NCBI GenBank assembly: GCA_043228905.1
Contig: JBHGNT010000018.1
Span: forward strand, 14,136,001-14,200,000
Direction: 5' to 3'
Origin: Azolla caroliniana
Taxonomy: Eukaryota; Plantae; Polypodiophyta
Length of the DNA stretch: 64,000 nt
Made by a program: the position numbers and the translations under genes
Notes under the pieces: model-generated
What the model saw: only the letters and a program-made list of their open reading frames with translations
The model's database searches: none
What the model was told of the DNA's origin: nothing
In this document: positions 61,761-64,000 of the stretch, piece after piece
Layout of the letters: the number at the start of each line of letters is the position of its first letter
Position numbering within the stretch: the first letter of the stretch is position 1

Positions 61761-64000
61761 TTATTTTCTCAACTATCATCTGGTTGCATCGGCGCTCAGG
61801 CAACACTCCATGGACTTGTATTTTTGAATTAAATGTGGACGTAAACGTTCACAAGTAGCAAATTTCCTTTTCATGGTGGTTGTACAAAGAAATGATGAGA
61901 AAGGTATAGTTTTAGATTTATGATGGTCTTTTGCCTAATTTTGCTCTTGATGCTTTCAATCTATCAAGAAGATGCATACTGAAGATGGTCATAATTTGTT
62001 AAAAGTACACAATACCTGGATAAGTATATGAGTAAAAGATGATTGGTTCTCTTGATATATATACACGTGGTTTGGGTCGTCAATGCTGACATGCTGATGC
62101 GACCAAGGTTTGATATCGGTATGGAAGTGTGGGGTAGATTATTAATAGGCTAATACTGTATTTGTGTTTATAATGGTGAGATATCCTATTGTATTGTGAA
62201 TCCAAACACATACTGTTTGTGGGATTTTTGCATTTACTACATATGGCTGGTCAGGTCTAGGGGATAAAGGCATCTTGCAGGCTACATGGCGCTTCTAGTG
62301 GACAAAATTGGGAAAATATTGTGATCATTTGCGTTGACTGACCAATATCTGTATGTAAAAACTGTACCATCCAAATATGTCCGTGGTTGTATCTACTATG
62401 ATTTTGGCAAATGTGTTGCTCATGAAGTCCGTCTGTGTCTACGTGTCCTGGATCAATTTGCCAGTCATTGATTGGATGTTCATAAAGAACGTGAAAAAGA
62501 AGCAACTGAAGACTTATAACATTAATTCTGAAGTTTGCATCTTCAGTCAAGACGTTTCAATCCAGATTGTTTCAACTTGCTTACCCAAAAGACTTCTTGA
62601 TGGATTTTTCAGCGCTTTAGAGTATTTGGGATATAACTGCCTTATCCCACTGTGCGAGGATGAAGTACAGAAACTAGAATAGGCTGGAAAAGATACATTT
62701 TTTTAGTGATTATGTACAAAGTCTCTATCTGAATAAATTCATCAAGCAATTTTGGTAATCAATAGAAAGAGGTATTCTATTGTCAACTCTGTGTGTTGTG
62801 AGGCCAAGTATATACTGTAGTTGTTTTTTTTGTCCATTGAGTATGGCTTGCCAGGTGTAGTGGATAAAATGCATCTGCTATGCTACAAGTTCCAGCTTCA
62901 GAAAAATGCATCTCTTGAATGTTTGTGTAACTTCAAAATTTGTTTTTTCTGAAAATGAGTTTAGTTCTGTAAAGATTGATGTTTGTTTAGATACCAATTC
63001 GACTAGTTTTGTAGAACATTTTTCATACAACATACATTTTTCCAACCTCCTACATGACTATTTTTATACTTTGCATAGATCTTTAGGAAGTATTTGTATT
63101 AATGGTATGGAATCATTCTGTATGTCCCATGGTCATAGAGCCCATAGAAAAAGTAATGTAAAATGATGTATTGCAATGTGCTTTCCCAAATTCCTATCAG
63201 CCAATTGTATTGAAGATTTTTTATATTTAACAGTTGCCTATAGTGCAATACAAACGAAAAGGTTATTAGATAAAGCATCTTTGTACTATGCCTTTCAGTC
63301 ACCTAGAAACCCATTGATCATGGTACAAAAGTTTACATATGATGTTGGTCGATTTATAATAAGATACACATGGTTACATTATGCTTTTGACAGAATAAAA
63401 ACACATTATCACAGCTTCACATGTTTACAGATACAATGCCATATACTTGTTTTCTCCTAATAAAATCTCTCTAAACTTTCCAGTACTTAATGGTAAACCA
63501 TTGCTAAATTCTTTGAAGTTTATGTTGGTAAAAACTATCTCACAAGCGCAACTTTAGAGTAGATTTGTACAATGTGACACTGTTTTTATTTCTTTCATCA
63601 AACTTGAGCCATCTTCATTAAAATCTACACAACTCATTGTCATTCATGACATGAGCCATCTTCATCTGCTTTTGAAATTTCAAATACAGCCCTCTTTTCC
63701 TATTAAATGTAATATGTGGAATTGAGTGGGGTGATCAAGTTTTGTTGCAGACATGTTTACAAAAAAATCATGCTCATAAGACGCTAGCTTCACTCAACAA
63801 TGCTAGATTCATAACATTGAAATAATCATTTTTGTTAAAAAAAAACCATTCACGATTTAAGCCAAAATTGTTCTCATCATCACGTACAAGATGCATTATC
63901 TTCATCAAATATGAACTCAGGTTCCATCCATTTTCCTACTGCACTTCAGTTTGTTTGAACCACAAATTTTGCAATCATTACTCCATTTTCCTACTGCACT

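Noticed and set aside
62200-64000. Possible 3' exons of a minus-strand gene (ORF 62257-62550 and splice-like sites)
   Set aside because: Could not assemble a consistent exon chain or recognise any protein motif.

Overview
Eukaryotic land-plant nuclear DNA, probably from a fern or other non-seed plant (inferred from the element types present). Four intron-containing genes could be spliced by hand into complete ORFs: a 128-aa CX3C-rich protein of unknown function (2895-4871, +), LSM7 (24282-28097, +), 20S proteasome beta-4/PBD (33577-36249, -) and COP9 signalosome CSN5 (58761-61760, +). Between them lie two deeply nested retroelement clusters whose insertion order can be read from TSDs. Cluster 1 (8.0-21.6 kb): an L1-type LINE hosts a decayed Copia, which hosts an intact, very young Copia and a small non-autonomous LTR element. 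Cluster 2 (39.3-56.3 kb): an old Ty3/Gypsy hosts a Copia, which hosts two solo LTRs, an LTR+PBS remnant and a chromodomain Gypsy; that Gypsy holds a 1.25-kb duplication flanking a foldback-like insert. The most notable signal is that both Gypsy elements lack a tRNA PBS. Each has a different post-LTR sequence complementary to its own predicted transcript 5' end about 31-33 nt downstream of a TATA box, which is Tf1-style self-priming geometry. One of these LTRs also carries outward-facing Pol III A/B boxes at tRNA spacing. All coordinates were read by eye; no database searches were run.
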